Below are positions 1-10,170 of a stretch of DNA of 64,000 nt, one piece after another (the first letter of the stretch is position 1; each line of letters starts with the position of its first letter). The translations under genes and the position numbers were made by a program. The notes below the pieces were generated by a model, which saw nothing but the letters and a program-made list of their open reading frames with translations, did not search any database and was not told the DNA's origin. Origin of the DNA: Betaproteobacteria bacterium (GTDB lineage Bacteria > Pseudomonadota > Gammaproteobacteria > Burkholderiales > SG8-41); assembly GCA_032128415.1 (NCBI GenBank), contig JAQBGW010000004.1, positions 27,116 through 91,115 of the forward strand. Reading direction: 5' to 3'.

Positions 1-91
1 GGCCGTCGCGACATTCTAAGCCAAAGGCGTTTCGCAGGAGCGGGGGCCCATTTCACAGAATCCGGTGGGTGCCCACGGCACAGGCACGGAC

Positions 92-502
92 TTAAGGTTT
101 TTTCGGCCAGATGCCGAGCCAGCGCATCGCCGCTTCTTGGCTGGAGAAGAATTCGACACGCACGCCGCGGTTCATCGCCGCGATCTTGAAGAAGTCGGTC
201 TGCTGGTCAGGAACGTGGCCCTGCACGAAGCAGGCCATGGCGAGGCCAGGCGCGAGACGTGCGGCCGCGGATGCGTTTTCGAATGACTCCATCGTCGTCA
301 TGCGCCGCCCCGTCACCGTGCCTTCAGTCAGCACCCGCCGCATGCCGCTCTTCATGCAAGCCTCGCCGATCGACTGCCAGAATCGGTTCATGCGTTCTGG
401 CGTGATCTCGAATCCCGGTACCAGCCGGGCATATAGATAGCCATCGCGCAGTTCCAGCGCGGCTTCGGAATCCGGCGGTGCCTGATCTTCTTCGATCTCC
501 AT
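92..502 (-). CDS. hypothetical protein (136 aa)
   Basis: Uninterrupted ORF, co-oriented with glmU and starting 10 nt after its stop. No family recognised by eye. Confidence 0.5.
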   Translation of the reverse strand: MEIEEDQAPPDSEAALELRDGYLYARLVPGFEITPERMNRFWQSIGEACMKSGMRRVLTEGTVTGRRMTTMESFENASAAARLAPGLAMACFVQGHVPDQQTDFFKIAAMNRGVRVEFFSSQEAAMRWLGIWPKKP

Positions 503-512
503 TCCGCAGTGG

Positions 513-1880
513 CTAACCGGGTTTCTTCGTTGGACGCTTCCAGTTGTCCAGAGTCTGTTGCCGGGCTCGCTCCAGAGTCAACTTTCCGGCAGGAGCCGGC
601 TTGGTGATGGTCGACCCGGCCCCAATGACGGCATCCGCACCAACCGTCACCGGCGCCACCAGCATCGTGCCCGAGCCGATGAAGGCACCGTCCTCGATGC
701 TAGTGCGGTGCTTGTTGGCGCCGTCGTAATTACAGGTCACGGTACCGGCGCCGACATTGACATTGGCGCCGATCGTTGCATCGCCCAGGTAGGTCAGATG
801 ATTCGCCTTGCTGCAGAGGCCGAGCTCGGTGTTCTTGACCTCGACGAAATTTCCGATATGGACTTCGTCGGCAAGCCGCGTGCCGGGACGCAGCCGAGCA
901 AATGGACCGACCACGCAGCGCGCTCCCATGGTCGCACCTTCGATGACGCAATTTGCGCGAACTTCCGTGTCAGCACCGATCTCGCAATCGCGCAATACGC
1001 TGCCAGGGCCGATGCGCACACGATCGGCGAGACGCACCTTGCCCTCCAGAATCACGTTGATATCGAGCGTCACATCGCGTCCGCACTGAACCTCGCCGCG
1101 GATGTCCACGCGCGCGGGATCCACGATCGTCACGCCAGCACGCATCAGCTCGGTCGCACGCTCGCGGCGCAGCGCCGCCTCGACTTCCGCAAGTTGCAGT
1201 TTGTCGTTCACGCCCAGTACCTCCGTCGCCGACGATGCCACAACGGCCTCGACCGCGACACCGTCGCGCACCGCGGCGACGATGCAGTCCGGCAGATAGT
1301 ACTCGCCCTGGGCGTTGTCGCGCCCGAGCGCCGATAACCAGCGCCGGAGCCGGCTGGCCGGCGCTGCCAGGAGGCCGGTATTGATCTCTGCAATGGCGAG
1401 TTCCTTGTGGTTCGCATCCTTGTGCTCGACGATGCGCGCCACGCGCCCCGTGGTGTCGCGGATCACGCGGCCATAGCCGGCCGGATCCGGCAGCACCGCA
1501 GTCAGCAGCGCAAGCGATGATGCGCCGGCGCGGTTGGTCAGGCTGGCAAGCGTCGCAGCGCGCACGAGTGGTACGTCGCCATACAGCACGAGCACGATAT
1601 GTTCGTCCGGTATCGCCGGCATGGCCTGCAGCACGGCATGCCCGGTTCCCTGCTGCTCCGCCTGCAGCACCCAGTGAATTGCGGCATCCGGGAACGCCTC
1701 GCGAACGCACTCGCTGCCGTGGCCGTGAACGACATGGATGGCATCGGGTCGAAGCTGGCGTGCTGTGTCGATCACATGCGCCAGCAACGGGCGTCCCGCC
1801 AGAGGTTGCAATACCTTTGGCAGGTCGCTCACCATGCGCTTGCCTTGGCCGGCGGCCAGTATGACGACGGACAGGGGCAT
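513..1880 (-). CDS. glmU: bifunctional UDP-N-acetylglucosamine diphosphorylase / glucosamine-1-phosphate N-acetyltransferase
   Basis: 455-aa ORF. N-terminal LAAGQGKRM nucleotidyltransferase motif and C-terminal hexapeptide-repeat (left-handed beta-helix) region typical of GlmU. Confidence 0.95.
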   Translation of the reverse strand: MPLSVVILAAGQGKRMVSDLPKVLQPLAGRPLLAHVIDTARQLRPDAIHVVHGHGSECVREAFPDAAIHWVLQAEQQGTGHAVLQAMPAIPDEHIVLVLYGDVPLVRAATLASLTNRAGASSLALLTAVLPDPAGYGRVIRDTTGRVARIVEHKDANHKELAIAEINTGLLAAPASRLRRWLSALGRDNAQGEYYLPDCIVAAVRDGVAVEAVVASSATEVLGVNDKLQLAEVEAALRRERATELMRAGVTIVDPARVDIRGEVQCGRDVTLDINVILEGKVRLADRVRIGPGSVLRDCEIGADTEVRANCVIEGATMGARCVVGPFARLRPGTRLADEVHIGNFVEVKNTELGLCSKANHLTYLGDATIGANVNVGAGTVTCNYDGANKHRTSIEDGAFIGSGTMLVAPVTVGADAVIGAGSTITKPAPAGKLTLERARQQTLDNWKRPTKKPG

Positions 1881-1949
1881 CGGGGCGGATTGTACCGGAG
1901 AGCGATCAGCCAGGATGGCGGTGATGCTGAATCAACGCGGAAGAAGCCG

Positions 1950-2552
1950 GTGCGCGCACTGACGCCCAAAGCAAACCTGATTGGTTTGGCCTGCTTTGTG
2001 CTCTTGTCTTGTTCGAGTGAACAGCAGGATCAGGGCAAGAGGCCGCAAAACGCCGCGCCCGCGGCCGTTCCAGCGTACGAACGCAGTTCACCTGCGCCAG
2101 AGCCCGGGCCGCCGCCTGCGAATGTCGCCGTGGCTGGCAAGATAATCCAGCCGCCGATCACTCCGGATGACTGCCGATACGATGGACTGTCGGATGCGCT
2201 GACAGAGGCGCGAGCCCGCTGGCAGGGTACCGGCATCAACAGTTACAGCATGACGATCCAGCGATCTTCCTTCCACCAACTGGCGGCGTGGCCGAATTCG
2301 AGGCCGCTGAAACTGACGGTCCGGGATGGCGTCGCGACGGGCAATCTTGCGCGTGTCGATGCGGCATGGCTGCAATCCCTGACCGTTGACGGGCTATTCG
2401 AGTACATCGAGGGCCAAGCGTCACAACGCCCTGATTGCCTGAGCGTAAAATTCGATCCTATGTTTGGATATCCGACCTCGATCAGGATCGATCCGGTGCT
2501 CGGCGGCGCGGACGACGAGGTGGAATTTTCGGTGACGGACTTCGGACCATGA
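1950..2552 (+). CDS. lipoprotein, DUF6174-like
   Basis: Frame of tracked ORF 1599..2552. GTG at 1950 gives MRALTPKANLIGLACFVLLSC with lipobox LLSC. The C-terminal part (FDPMFGYPTSIRIDP..DDEVEFSVTDF) resembles DUF6174 proteins from memory. The upstream part of the tracked ORF is antisense to glmU and is discounted. Confidence 0.6.
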   Translation: MRALTPKANLIGLACFVLLSCSSEQQDQGKRPQNAAPAAVPAYERSSPAPEPGPPPANVAVAGKIIQPPITPDDCRYDGLSDALTEARARWQGTGINSYSMTIQRSSFHQLAAWPNSRPLKLTVRDGVATGNLARVDAAWLQSLTVDGLFEYIEGQASQRPDCLSVKFDPMFGYPTSIRIDPVLGGADDEVEFSVTDFGP

Positions 2553-2636
2553 CTGGATCGGGTACCGCCTGGCATCAATCGATTGGGGGCCGCCCTGTCC
2601 GCAGAATCGCAGAATGACATCACATTGGCGCGGCGC

Positions 2637-2951
2637 ATGAAAGCATTTGCCACCCGCTACACCGCTGCCTGGTGCAGCCAGGATCCCGCGAGTGTCGCCG
2701 AATTCTTCGCGCAGGACGGATCGCTGAAGATCAATGACGGCGCCCCTTCCGTCGGACGCGCGGCGATCACGGAGGCGGTGCAGTCGTTCATGACGGACTT
2801 CCCGGACATGATCGTCGAGATGAATGGGCTGGATAACTTGGTCCATCCGGGGTCGATTCAGGACGCCACCGATCCACAGACCTGGGACTTCGGCATCGTG
2901 GAAAAGCCGCGGCCCGGCCTCGTGGCGGTCCTCGCTAATAGGTCTGCGTAG
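2637..2951 (+). CDS. SnoaL-like / NTF2-fold protein, possibly C-terminally aberrant
   Basis: ATG at 2637 gives MKAFATRYTAAWCSQDPASVAEFFAQDGSLKINDG..., typical of SnoaL-like polyketide-cyclase-fold proteins. The last ~35 aa look atypical, and the 3' end overlaps the convergent gene by 17 nt. Confidence 0.5.
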   Translation: MKAFATRYTAAWCSQDPASVAEFFAQDGSLKINDGAPSVGRAAITEAVQSFMTDFPDMIVEMNGLDNLVHPGSIQDATDPQTWDFGIVEKPRPGLVAVLANRSA

Positions 2952-3546
2952 ACCTGGCGACCGGGTACTTCGAAAAGATTGCGGTGACAGCTTCGTCGAT
3001 CTTCGGCTTGAGATTGTCCATCGTCTTTTCGGTGACACGGCCCACTGCAACACCTTCCCAGACCATCTGTTTGCGCGCGGCGTCGATCACGTCGATATTC
3101 AACGTGCCCTCGGTGTAGGTATCGACGCGCGAGTCCATCGGATACAACGGCCAGGTCGTATAGAAGCCTGTGCGGTACCGGTAATAGTCGTGCCCGAATC
3201 CGGCACCGACCAGTAATCCGGTTTCCGGCACCGCCTTTGCCAGGAGCCGGTCGTTCAGCCGACCACTGAAGTTCACGAGCAACTGCGGCGCGTCCTCGAC
3301 CAGCCGCAAGCCGCGTGCCTCGAGCTCCCGCTGGGTCGCAGCTTTGAGATATTGCGACACGATCGTCTGGTACCCCTCGCGGTCCGTGCCGAGCGGGGTG
3401 ACGAAGCCGAAGGTATGGTACTGCGAGAAGTCGACGGTCTTGTCGCGCTCAGCCCGCACGCGCGGACCCGATGCGCAGCCAGCCACGACCAGCGCTGCGC
3501 CCGCGAGAACGGCCACGATTACATGACGAATGCCTTTGGTATTCAT
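2935..3546 (-). CDS. DUF4136 family lipoprotein
   Basis: Signal peptide with lipobox (LVVAGC). The body resembles DUF4136 lipoproteins (family call from memory). Confidence 0.75.
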   Translation of the reverse strand: MNTKGIRHVIVAVLAGAALVVAGCASGPRVRAERDKTVDFSQYHTFGFVTPLGTDREGYQTIVSQYLKAATQRELEARGLRLVEDAPQLLVNFSGRLNDRLLAKAVPETGLLVGAGFGHDYYRYRTGFYTTWPLYPMDSRVDTYTEGTLNIDVIDAARKQMVWEGVAVGRVTEKTMDNLKPKIDEAVTAIFSKYPVARSTQTY

Positions 3547-3668
3547 GGCAGACTCCTTCGCGGTTTCAGAGGGCCTGTACTTCGACCCCGTTTCGCCTCT
3601 GGGGTTCCGGGTTTCGCCGCGGACCGAAACTGCGCATACTTAGCAAACTCAGACAAACCGAGGGTTCC

Positions 3669-3860
3669 ATGGCAACAAAGCTCGAAAAACCGTTGAAGCG
3701 CGAAATCGTCGTGAACGATGCGCCCTACATGCTGACCATCTCGCCGGAAGGGCTGAAGCTCGTGCCGAAGGGCAAGCGCAATGGCCTCGAGCTCACGTGG
3801 AAAGGCATCCTCATGCAGGCGACGATGAGCGAGACTGCGGGCGGAAGTTCCGGCGCCTAG
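3669..3860 (+). CDS. small hypothetical protein (63 aa)
   Basis: Internal ATG of ORF 3471..3860 (MATKLEKPLKREIVV...). Lies in an otherwise empty intergenic gap. No family recognised. Confidence 0.35.
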   Translation: MATKLEKPLKREIVVNDAPYMLTISPEGLKLVPKGKRNGLELTWKGILMQATMSETAGGSSGA

Positions 3861-3929
3861 GTCGCCGGCTCGATCGGCCTGGATACTTCCTCGCCTGCGA
3901 GCAGGCTAGGTTTCGCTCAGGGGGTCCAC

Positions 3930-5474
3930 ATGGACGCTCGAACTCTCGCGATGCTCGTCGTTTCACTGCTTGCGCTCGTCGCCTGCGATCGGGCGGGCGA
4001 TTCGCAACCCGTGCCGACGCCGGCTACTACACAGGCCCTCGCGAAGGCAGCACCCTCCTTCGTCAACAAGGTCTGGCGGGTCGTCGAGTCGGAACAGGTG
4101 GCCCCGGGCTCGCTTCGGGTCTTCCTCGCGGACGGCACGCTCGTGATGGCTTCGCCACACGCAACGCCCGCGTTCGGCGCCTGGCGTTATGACGACGGCC
4201 GCCTGACGATCACCGAGGAAGGCCAGGATTACCCCACCGACATACTCGCCTTGAGCGAAAGCACGCTCCGGATTCGGTTGCACAGCCCCGGCGAGCCGGT
4301 CGAGATCCTGTTCGAAGCGGCCGAGCAGTTTCCGATGGGCCCGATTCCGGACGAAAAGCGGGCCGACGTCGCGGCTCAGGCGGAGATCGAACAGGCGACC
4401 GTTACCTTGTGGGGAACGGCTTGGCGACTCGAGAGTCTCGCAGGCGCCGAAGTGCTGGATGGCGCGCAGGCGACGCTCCAATTCCCGTCGGAAGGCCACG
4501 CGAGCGGCAACGGTTCCTGCAACCGCTTCAACGGTGTCGTGACCGTCGAGGGAAACACGATCCGGTTCGGCGGCCTCGCGGCGACACGCAAGGCCTGCGC
4601 GGAGACCTTGATGCGGCAGGAAGACGCGTACTTCGCGGCGCTCCGGGAAGCCGAGCGCTTCGAGGTGGACGGCGAGGCCCTGCGAATCTACGCCGCGGGT
4701 CGGGCGGAGCCGCTGCAATTCAGCACGGCGCCAGCACCCACGGCCCGGCCTACGCAGACAATCCAGGTCGTGCCAGCGACAGAAATTCCCACCTTGACCG
4801 GGATCTGGACCGTAGTAGCGCATCACATCCCGGGCGTCAGCGCCATGAGTGACGGCGAGGCCAGAACTCACTACGGCGAGACCGTGCGGCTGACCGATCG
4901 CTCGGCAATCTCGCCCGGGGCAAGCTGCCGCGAACCACGCTATGCGTCAAACTGGGTTTCATCGGAGCAGTACCTCGCGAGCGAGTACAAGCTCCAGCCC
5001 GGAAGTCTCCAGCCGCTCGCCACGCGGGATCAGCTCCAACTGATGAAAGTCTCGTGCGGCGGCACGCCCTGGACTGCGCTCGGCGCAACGCTCCTCGAGA
5101 TCGACGCGGATCGCGCACTCGCACCATGGAACGGCGTCTTTTTCGAGCTGGCGCGTGATCGCGATTTCCGTGCGCTCGGACAGGAGCCCGGCTGGGAACT
5201 GGAGATCCACAAAGGGGCCGTGATCCGCCTGACCTACGACTACGGCAAAGGCACCGCCGTAACACCGGCATCGCGAGCGCAGGTGGATTCGAGGACCGGC
5301 ACCCGGACCTACCATGCCGTGACGAAGGCGAATGACCTCCGCGTCGAGATCGTGCCCGTGGCGTGCACCGACTCCATGAGCGGTAGATCGTTCTCCACAA
5401 CTGTGTCCGTCACGCTGAACGGCCGAACCTTTCGCGGCTGCGGCGAGGAGCTGGCGACGCCTTACCAGGGATAG
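3930..5474 (+). CDS. multidomain lipoprotein containing a META (HslJ-like) domain
   Basis: Lipobox LALVAC. Central segment WRLESLAG...GNGSCNRFNG...IRFGGLAATRKAC...EDAYFAAL matches the META/HslJ signature. C-terminal Cys-containing beta-rich module. Confidence 0.8.
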   Translation: MDARTLAMLVVSLLALVACDRAGDSQPVPTPATTQALAKAAPSFVNKVWRVVESEQVAPGSLRVFLADGTLVMASPHATPAFGAWRYDDGRLTITEEGQDYPTDILALSESTLRIRLHSPGEPVEILFEAAEQFPMGPIPDEKRADVAAQAEIEQATVTLWGTAWRLESLAGAEVLDGAQATLQFPSEGHASGNGSCNRFNGVVTVEGNTIRFGGLAATRKACAETLMRQEDAYFAALREAERFEVDGEALRIYAAGRAEPLQFSTAPAPTARPTQTIQVVPATEIPTLTGIWTVVAHHIPGVSAMSDGEARTHYGETVRLTDRSAISPGASCREPRYASNWVSSEQYLASEYKLQPGSLQPLATRDQLQLMKVSCGGTPWTALGATLLEIDADRALAPWNGVFFELARDRDFRALGQEPGWELEIHKGAVIRLTYDYGKGTAVTPASRAQVDSRTGTRTYHAVTKANDLRVEIVPVACTDSMSGRSFSTTVSVTLNGRTFRGCGEELATPYQG

Positions 5475-5488
5475 GGCAAAATGGGTCC

Positions 5489-6151
5489 GTGCAAGCGCTG
5501 ATTTTCGACCTGGACGGCACGCTGATCGACACGGTCTATGCGCATGTGTTCGCCTGGCAGCGCGCGTTTGCGGAAAGCGGCCTGGCAATCGACGGATGGC
5601 GCATCCATCGGCGCATCGGCATGAGCGGGGGCCTGGCCGCGCGCGCAGCCGCCCGCGAGCTCGGGCGCGAGATCGATGCCGCGCAGGAGGAAGTCCTGTT
5701 GAAGCGCCACGGTGAACTGTTCCGGCAGTTCCTGCCCGAGCGCCGGCCCCTGCCGGGAGCCGTCGAAATGCTTCGCACCCTGCGTAGCCAGAATGTCCCA
5801 TTCGGAATCGCGACTTCCGGCAGTCGTCCGGAGATCGATTTGTCTCTCGAAGCGCTCGGTATCGGCCCGGAGACCATCGTGATCGAGCGTCGCGACGTCA
5901 AGCGGGCGAAACCGGAGCCGGATCTCTTTCTGGCATGCCAACAGAAACTCGGTGTTCCGGTCGGCGAGTGCTATGTCGTCGGCGATGCGGTCTGGGATCT
6001 GCTGGCAGCCCGGCGCGCCGGCATGCTGAGCGTGGGACTCTTGAGCGGCGGGTACGGCGAGAACGAGTTGCTCGGCGCGGGTGCGTATCGCGTGTATCGG
6101 GATGCCGCGGATCTGCACCGATCGCTTGATGAGTTGGGCGTTCTGCCTTGA
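5489..6151 (+). CDS. HAD-IA family hydrolase (phosphatase)
   Basis: GTG start. Motif I is FDLDGTLIDT. Downstream GDAVWD motif typical of phosphoglycolate-phosphatase-like HAD enzymes. Confidence 0.85.
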   Translation: MQALIFDLDGTLIDTVYAHVFAWQRAFAESGLAIDGWRIHRRIGMSGGLAARAAARELGREIDAAQEEVLLKRHGELFRQFLPERRPLPGAVEMLRTLRSQNVPFGIATSGSRPEIDLSLEALGIGPETIVIERRDVKRAKPEPDLFLACQQKLGVPVGECYVVGDAVWDLLAARRAGMLSVGLLSGGYGENELLGAGAYRVYRDAADLHRSLDELGVLP

Positions 6152-6173
6152 GCGCACCGACCTGGCGCCCCGA

Positions 6174-6869
6174 CTACCAGGGATAAAGCTTGCCGTTGTA
6201 GTTAAAGAATTTGCCGGTGTCTTCCGGCTTCAGCGCCGCGATCACCGAACGCATGGCGCGGATACTCTCCTCCGGCGCGAGCGTGCCGCCCTCACCGCCC
6301 ATGTCGGTGCGCACCCAGCCCGGGTTCAGCACGACGCAAGTGATGCCGCGCGGCGCGAGATCGACCGACAGGCTCTTCATCACGCTGTTGACCGCCGACT
6401 TGGAGCTGCGATACGCGTAGCGACCGCCGGAAGTATTATCCGCGATCGAGCCCATGCCGCTCGTGATTGTGACGATGCGCTTATCGTGGCTCTGCGCGAC
6501 GTTCTCCAGGAACGCCTCGGCCACGCGCATGGGCCCGAGCGTATTGGCGTCGAGCACGCGCGCCCAGGCCGCGTAATCGAGGCTGCCGAGCCGCTGGCCG
6601 GTTGGCCCGCCGACGCCGGCATTGTTCAGGAGGAGATCGATGGACTGGCCGGTCAGCGCCATGGCGGCCGCACGGACGCTGGCGGTATCCATGACGTCCA
6701 GTGCCAGGACGCGTAAGCGATCGCCAGATTTCTTCGCGAGTTGCTTTAGCTCTTTGGCGTCGTCCGGCGATCGGCAAGCGGCATGGACCTGCCAGCCATC
6801 GGCGGCGTACTGGCGCGCGAATTCGAGGCCGAGGCCGCGGTTGGCGCCGGTGATCAATACTGTTGGCAT
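6174..6869 (-). CDS. SDR family oxidoreductase
   Basis: Internal ATG at 6869 gives MPTVLITGANRGLGLEF (TGxxxGxG Rossmann motif). YRSSK catalytic motif present. The upstream 80 codons of the tracked ORF are Arg/Ser-rich shadow. Confidence 0.9.
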   Translation of the reverse strand: MPTVLITGANRGLGLEFARQYAADGWQVHAACRSPDDAKELKQLAKKSGDRLRVLALDVMDTASVRAAAMALTGQSIDLLLNNAGVGGPTGQRLGSLDYAAWARVLDANTLGPMRVAEAFLENVAQSHDKRIVTITSGMGSIADNTSGGRYAYRSSKSAVNSVMKSLSVDLAPRGITCVVLNPGWVRTDMGGEGGTLAPEESIRAMRSVIAALKPEDTGKFFNYNGKLYPW

Positions 6870-7002
6870 GAACGTGCCTCCAGCGCCGATTATCGCACTG
6901 CGCGACGCGCTAGTGGCCAAACGCCCCAATCGCGCGAGGCCGCCGGTTTTCACCGACGGCCTCGCGGGTCTGTTGCGACATCGATTGCGAGCGGCGCGCC
7001 TG

Positions 7003-7827
7003 CTATGGCGCCTCGCAATCCGCTGCAGCCATCGGACGCGTACAGAAGACACCGCCCTCGGTGATGGTCTGGTTGCCGTACTTCTCGGTGGCCAGGACCT
7101 CGAACTCATAGATGCGGTTCGGCTCGAGGTACTGCTTCGGCACCAGGAAGCTGGTCTCCGATTTCGAGAGGTCGGCGTTGAGCGACGTCTTCGTCTTTCC
7201 CGAAGCCAGCACCGGCTCCGTGATGTCGACGACCACGACGTGGTAGCCCACGATCTCGACCGGCCCGAGGTAAGGCAGGATCGGACTCGTCACCTTGTTC
7301 CACCGGATGACGAGGTTGGCGTCGTGGGCAACGATGTCGCCGTCTCCCGGCGCGTTGATTTGAGGACCGGCGGGCACCCTGTGCGTGAGCCTGGCCTTGC
7401 CTTCAAACTCCGTTCTCCCGCTCTCGCCCTCGAACCCGTACCACCCGGCGGGCCAGTTGGAAAGCAGCTCGGTCAGCGAGATCGCGTCTTCGGAAGGTTC
7501 GCAGCCGAGCGCCTGCTCCAGGTCGGTGATCGGCGGCTCGACGCGTTCGTGGAATAGCTCGGTCAGGTCGTGCGTCTCCTCCTGGCCGAGTACTGCCCGC
7601 ATGCTGAAGACTTCCTGGCCGTAGGGACTCTCGACCTCGGCCTCCGTGACGCCGTCCGTATCGAAGCTCATCTGGATACCCATGTCGCAGGCCGACGCGT
7701 TCGTCTCGAAGTGAATGTTGGTCTGCTTGAACGGCTCGGGCCGGGCAGCCGCGGCGGGGGTCGTTGCCGCCGCCAGCACCATACCCGCCGCCACGGCCCT
7801 GCCGATGATTAAAATATGTCTATTCAT
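7003..7827 (-). CDS. secreted hypothetical protein
   Basis: ATG at 7827 gives MNRHILIIGRAVAAGMVLAAATTPAAAA signal peptide. 274-aa ORF with a beta-rich, possibly FN3-like C-terminal half. Confidence 0.6.
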   Translation of the reverse strand: MNRHILIIGRAVAAGMVLAAATTPAAAARPEPFKQTNIHFETNASACDMGIQMSFDTDGVTEAEVESPYGQEVFSMRAVLGQEETHDLTELFHERVEPPITDLEQALGCEPSEDAISLTELLSNWPAGWYGFEGESGRTEFEGKARLTHRVPAGPQINAPGDGDIVAHDANLVIRWNKVTSPILPYLGPVEIVGYHVVVVDITEPVLASGKTKTSLNADLSKSETSFLVPKQYLEPNRIYEFEVLATEKYGNQTITEGGVFCTRPMAAADCEAP

Positions 7828-7957
7828 GACGATTGCTCCATGTTCCGCGTGAATGCACCATCGCAATGGATGTCTTGCTGCAGATTAGACGCCACGCGAG
7901 ACCGAATCCTTCGCGGCACCCAAGCCGCGACGACGAGGCTAGTGCAATAATTCAGCC

Positions 7958-8368
7958 ATGCGCTGGCTGAAATTGCCTCTCGTTACCGGAACCCTGTGGC
8001 TGATGGCGGCCCCTGCCCTTGCCCAGGCATACCAGCCCTACCCGTCTCCCAGAATTACGCCGAAACAATGGACGAGGTACGGCGAGGAAGTGCGCGCGCA
8101 CCACGGGGCGAGCGTGGAGGTCTTCAAGGACAGGAAACTCGTCGCATTCTCGGACGAGGCCACGCGCACCTTCTGGGTCTTCACGCTGAAGAAGCATCCC
8201 GCGCATCCGGCGTGGATCACGCGGCAGATGTACGAGGAAGGCGGCCAGGTCCGCATACGACAGATCGGGTACTTCGCGGGATCGGAAGAAGCGTTCGCCA
8301 AGCTCTTCCGCGAGTACCAGGAGCGGAACGAGCAGCTGGTGGAAGAGGTCGAGCGCCGTAATCGCTAG
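7958..8368 (+). CDS. secreted hypothetical protein
   Basis: Signal peptide MRWLKLPLVTGTLWLMAAPALAQA. Clean 136-aa ORF in its own intergenic space. Confidence 0.6.
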   Translation: MRWLKLPLVTGTLWLMAAPALAQAYQPYPSPRITPKQWTRYGEEVRAHHGASVEVFKDRKLVAFSDEATRTFWVFTLKKHPAHPAWITRQMYEEGGQVRIRQIGYFAGSEEAFAKLFREYQERNEQLVEEVERRNR

Positions 8369-8471
8369 GCGGCCGCGACAACCGGCGGAATCGGATGCCG
8401 GCGTCGTTACGTTTTGTGATGCACTCTAACGACGCAGCCGCCTCGCGCAGGCAAGCTCCCGTGATCGTTCA

Positions 8472-9002
8472 ATGCCGATTCACTCGGGGGCGCCGATCAT
8501 GCGGGCCATGCCAAGCGACCGAGCGGCCGGGCTTCCCGGCATTATGGCGGCCGTGCTGCTCGCGGCAGGATGCGCGGGGACGCCCACCGTGCCCGTGCCC
8601 GCGGCAGCCGAACCGCACCCGGCGTCGAGCGATATGCGCGGCCCCGTCGTGCAGCTCGCGCTATCGATGGTCGGCGTGCAGTACCGTTACGGCGGCGCCC
8701 ATCCGCACGAGGGCTTCGATTGCAGTGGCCTCGTCTACTACACGTATACGTCGAACGGCCACGCCGTGCCGCGCACCTCGCGGGAGCAGTTCAGCGCTTC
8801 GCACAAGATCCCGCTCGCGCAAGCCGTGGAAGGCGACCTGCTGTTCTTTCAGGATCAGGAGAAGCTCTCGCACGTCGGCATCTACCTGGGCGACGGCCGG
8901 TTCGTCCACGCGCCGTCAAGCGGCGACAGCGTACGAGTCGCAGACATCGACTCACCTTATTATCAGCGCCACCTGATCGCGGTCGGGCGGCTGCTCCCCT
9001 GA
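8472..9002 (+). CDS. C40 family (NlpC/P60) peptidoglycan endopeptidase lipoprotein
   Basis: Lipobox LLAAGC. Catalytic signature FDCSGLVYY...HVGIYLGDGRFVHA. The alternative ATG at 8499 is equally plausible. Confidence 0.9.
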   Translation: MPIHSGAPIMRAMPSDRAAGLPGIMAAVLLAAGCAGTPTVPVPAAAEPHPASSDMRGPVVQLALSMVGVQYRYGGAHPHEGFDCSGLVYYTYTSNGHAVPRTSREQFSASHKIPLAQAVEGDLLFFQDQEKLSHVGIYLGDGRFVHAPSSGDSVRVADIDSPYYQRHLIAVGRLLP

Positions 9003-9004
9003 CC

Positions 9005-10051
9005 TCAGGCAGGGGCGTCTCGATCGCCGGTATCGACCTTGCGCAGGAACTTGATCAGGCCCTCGAAGTACGTGGCCTGGTCGTCATAGAGCGCCATGTG
9101 ACTGCCATGGGGGCAGTAATGATACGTGCCGTTTGGTAACTGGCCCGCCATCCATTCCATGTGCTTCGGGTCCATCGTGTCGTAACGGGCGCCGATTACG
9201 AGCGTCGGCATCTGGATAGTCTTGAGATCCGCGCTCCGGTCCCAGTGCTCGAGTTTCCCGCTTGCGCCCATCTCGCTCGGGCCCTGAATCGGAATGTAAA
9301 TGTCGTGATTGAGCTTTGCGAACGCGCGATTCACCGGATCCGGCCACTGGTCGGCGGGCATGCGCAGGATGTGCTGCTCGTAGAAGTTGGGCACGAGCAG
9401 TTCCATGTAGCGCGGGTTCTCGTAGTCCTTCGCTTTTTCGAACGCCTCGATCTCCTTCAGCGCCGCCGGGTCCATGGCCGGCATCAGGACATTCTTGGCG
9501 TACTCGTTGTAGGCCGGGATGCTCGACATCATGTTCGAGACGATCAGGCCCTTGAGGTTCTCCTGGTGCGCCAGCGCGTATTCGATCGCGAGAATCCCGC
9601 CCCAGGACTGGCCGTATAAATAGAAGTTGTCCGCGTTCAGGCCGAGCGCCTTGCGGACCTGCTCCACTTCGTCGACAAAGCGCGGAATCTCCCAGAGCTC
9701 CGGCTCTTTCGGCTGGTCCGAGTACGCCGAGCCGAGTTGATCATAGTAGTAATACTCGATACCTGCGCCCGGAAAATAGGAGTCGAAGGCTTCCAGGTAT
9801 TCGTGCGTGGCGCCCGGCCCGCCGTGCAACAACAGGACCTTGATCCGCGGGTTGTTGCCGATCCGCTTGGTCCAGACATGGAAGGTGCCTTTCGGTGTCG
9901 TGACAGGAATCATCCGCACGCCGCCGGCGAGCGTGTCTTCGCGCCCTGTATTGTCGAAGTAGGTGGCGAGGCTGTTGTCGTGCGGTGTTTGCTGCACGCA
10001 GCCCAGGAACAGCGCGGCGAGCGCCATCGGCCAAATGTGCCTGGTGATCAT
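9005..10051 (-). CDS. proline iminopeptidase-family alpha/beta hydrolase lipoprotein
   Basis: ATG at 10051 gives MITRHIWPMALAALFLGC (lipobox). HGGPG and GQSWGG motifs are characteristic of S33 prolyl aminopeptidases. Confidence 0.85.
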   Translation of the reverse strand: MITRHIWPMALAALFLGCVQQTPHDNSLATYFDNTGREDTLAGGVRMIPVTTPKGTFHVWTKRIGNNPRIKVLLLHGGPGATHEYLEAFDSYFPGAGIEYYYYDQLGSAYSDQPKEPELWEIPRFVDEVEQVRKALGLNADNFYLYGQSWGGILAIEYALAHQENLKGLIVSNMMSSIPAYNEYAKNVLMPAMDPAALKEIEAFEKAKDYENPRYMELLVPNFYEQHILRMPADQWPDPVNRAFAKLNHDIYIPIQGPSEMGASGKLEHWDRSADLKTIQMPTLVIGARYDTMDPKHMEWMAGQLPNGTYHYCPHGSHMALYDDQATYFEGLIKFLRKVDTGDRDAPA

Positions 10052-10170
10052 GATTCCCCCCGAATCGTGGCTGCGGCGAATATAAGCGGCTTCCCGGGCG
10101 GTTCGCCAGTCCCTGGCGCAGTGACGATGTTTCCGATTCGAGGCGTACAATAATCGGAGCAGGTACGCGC

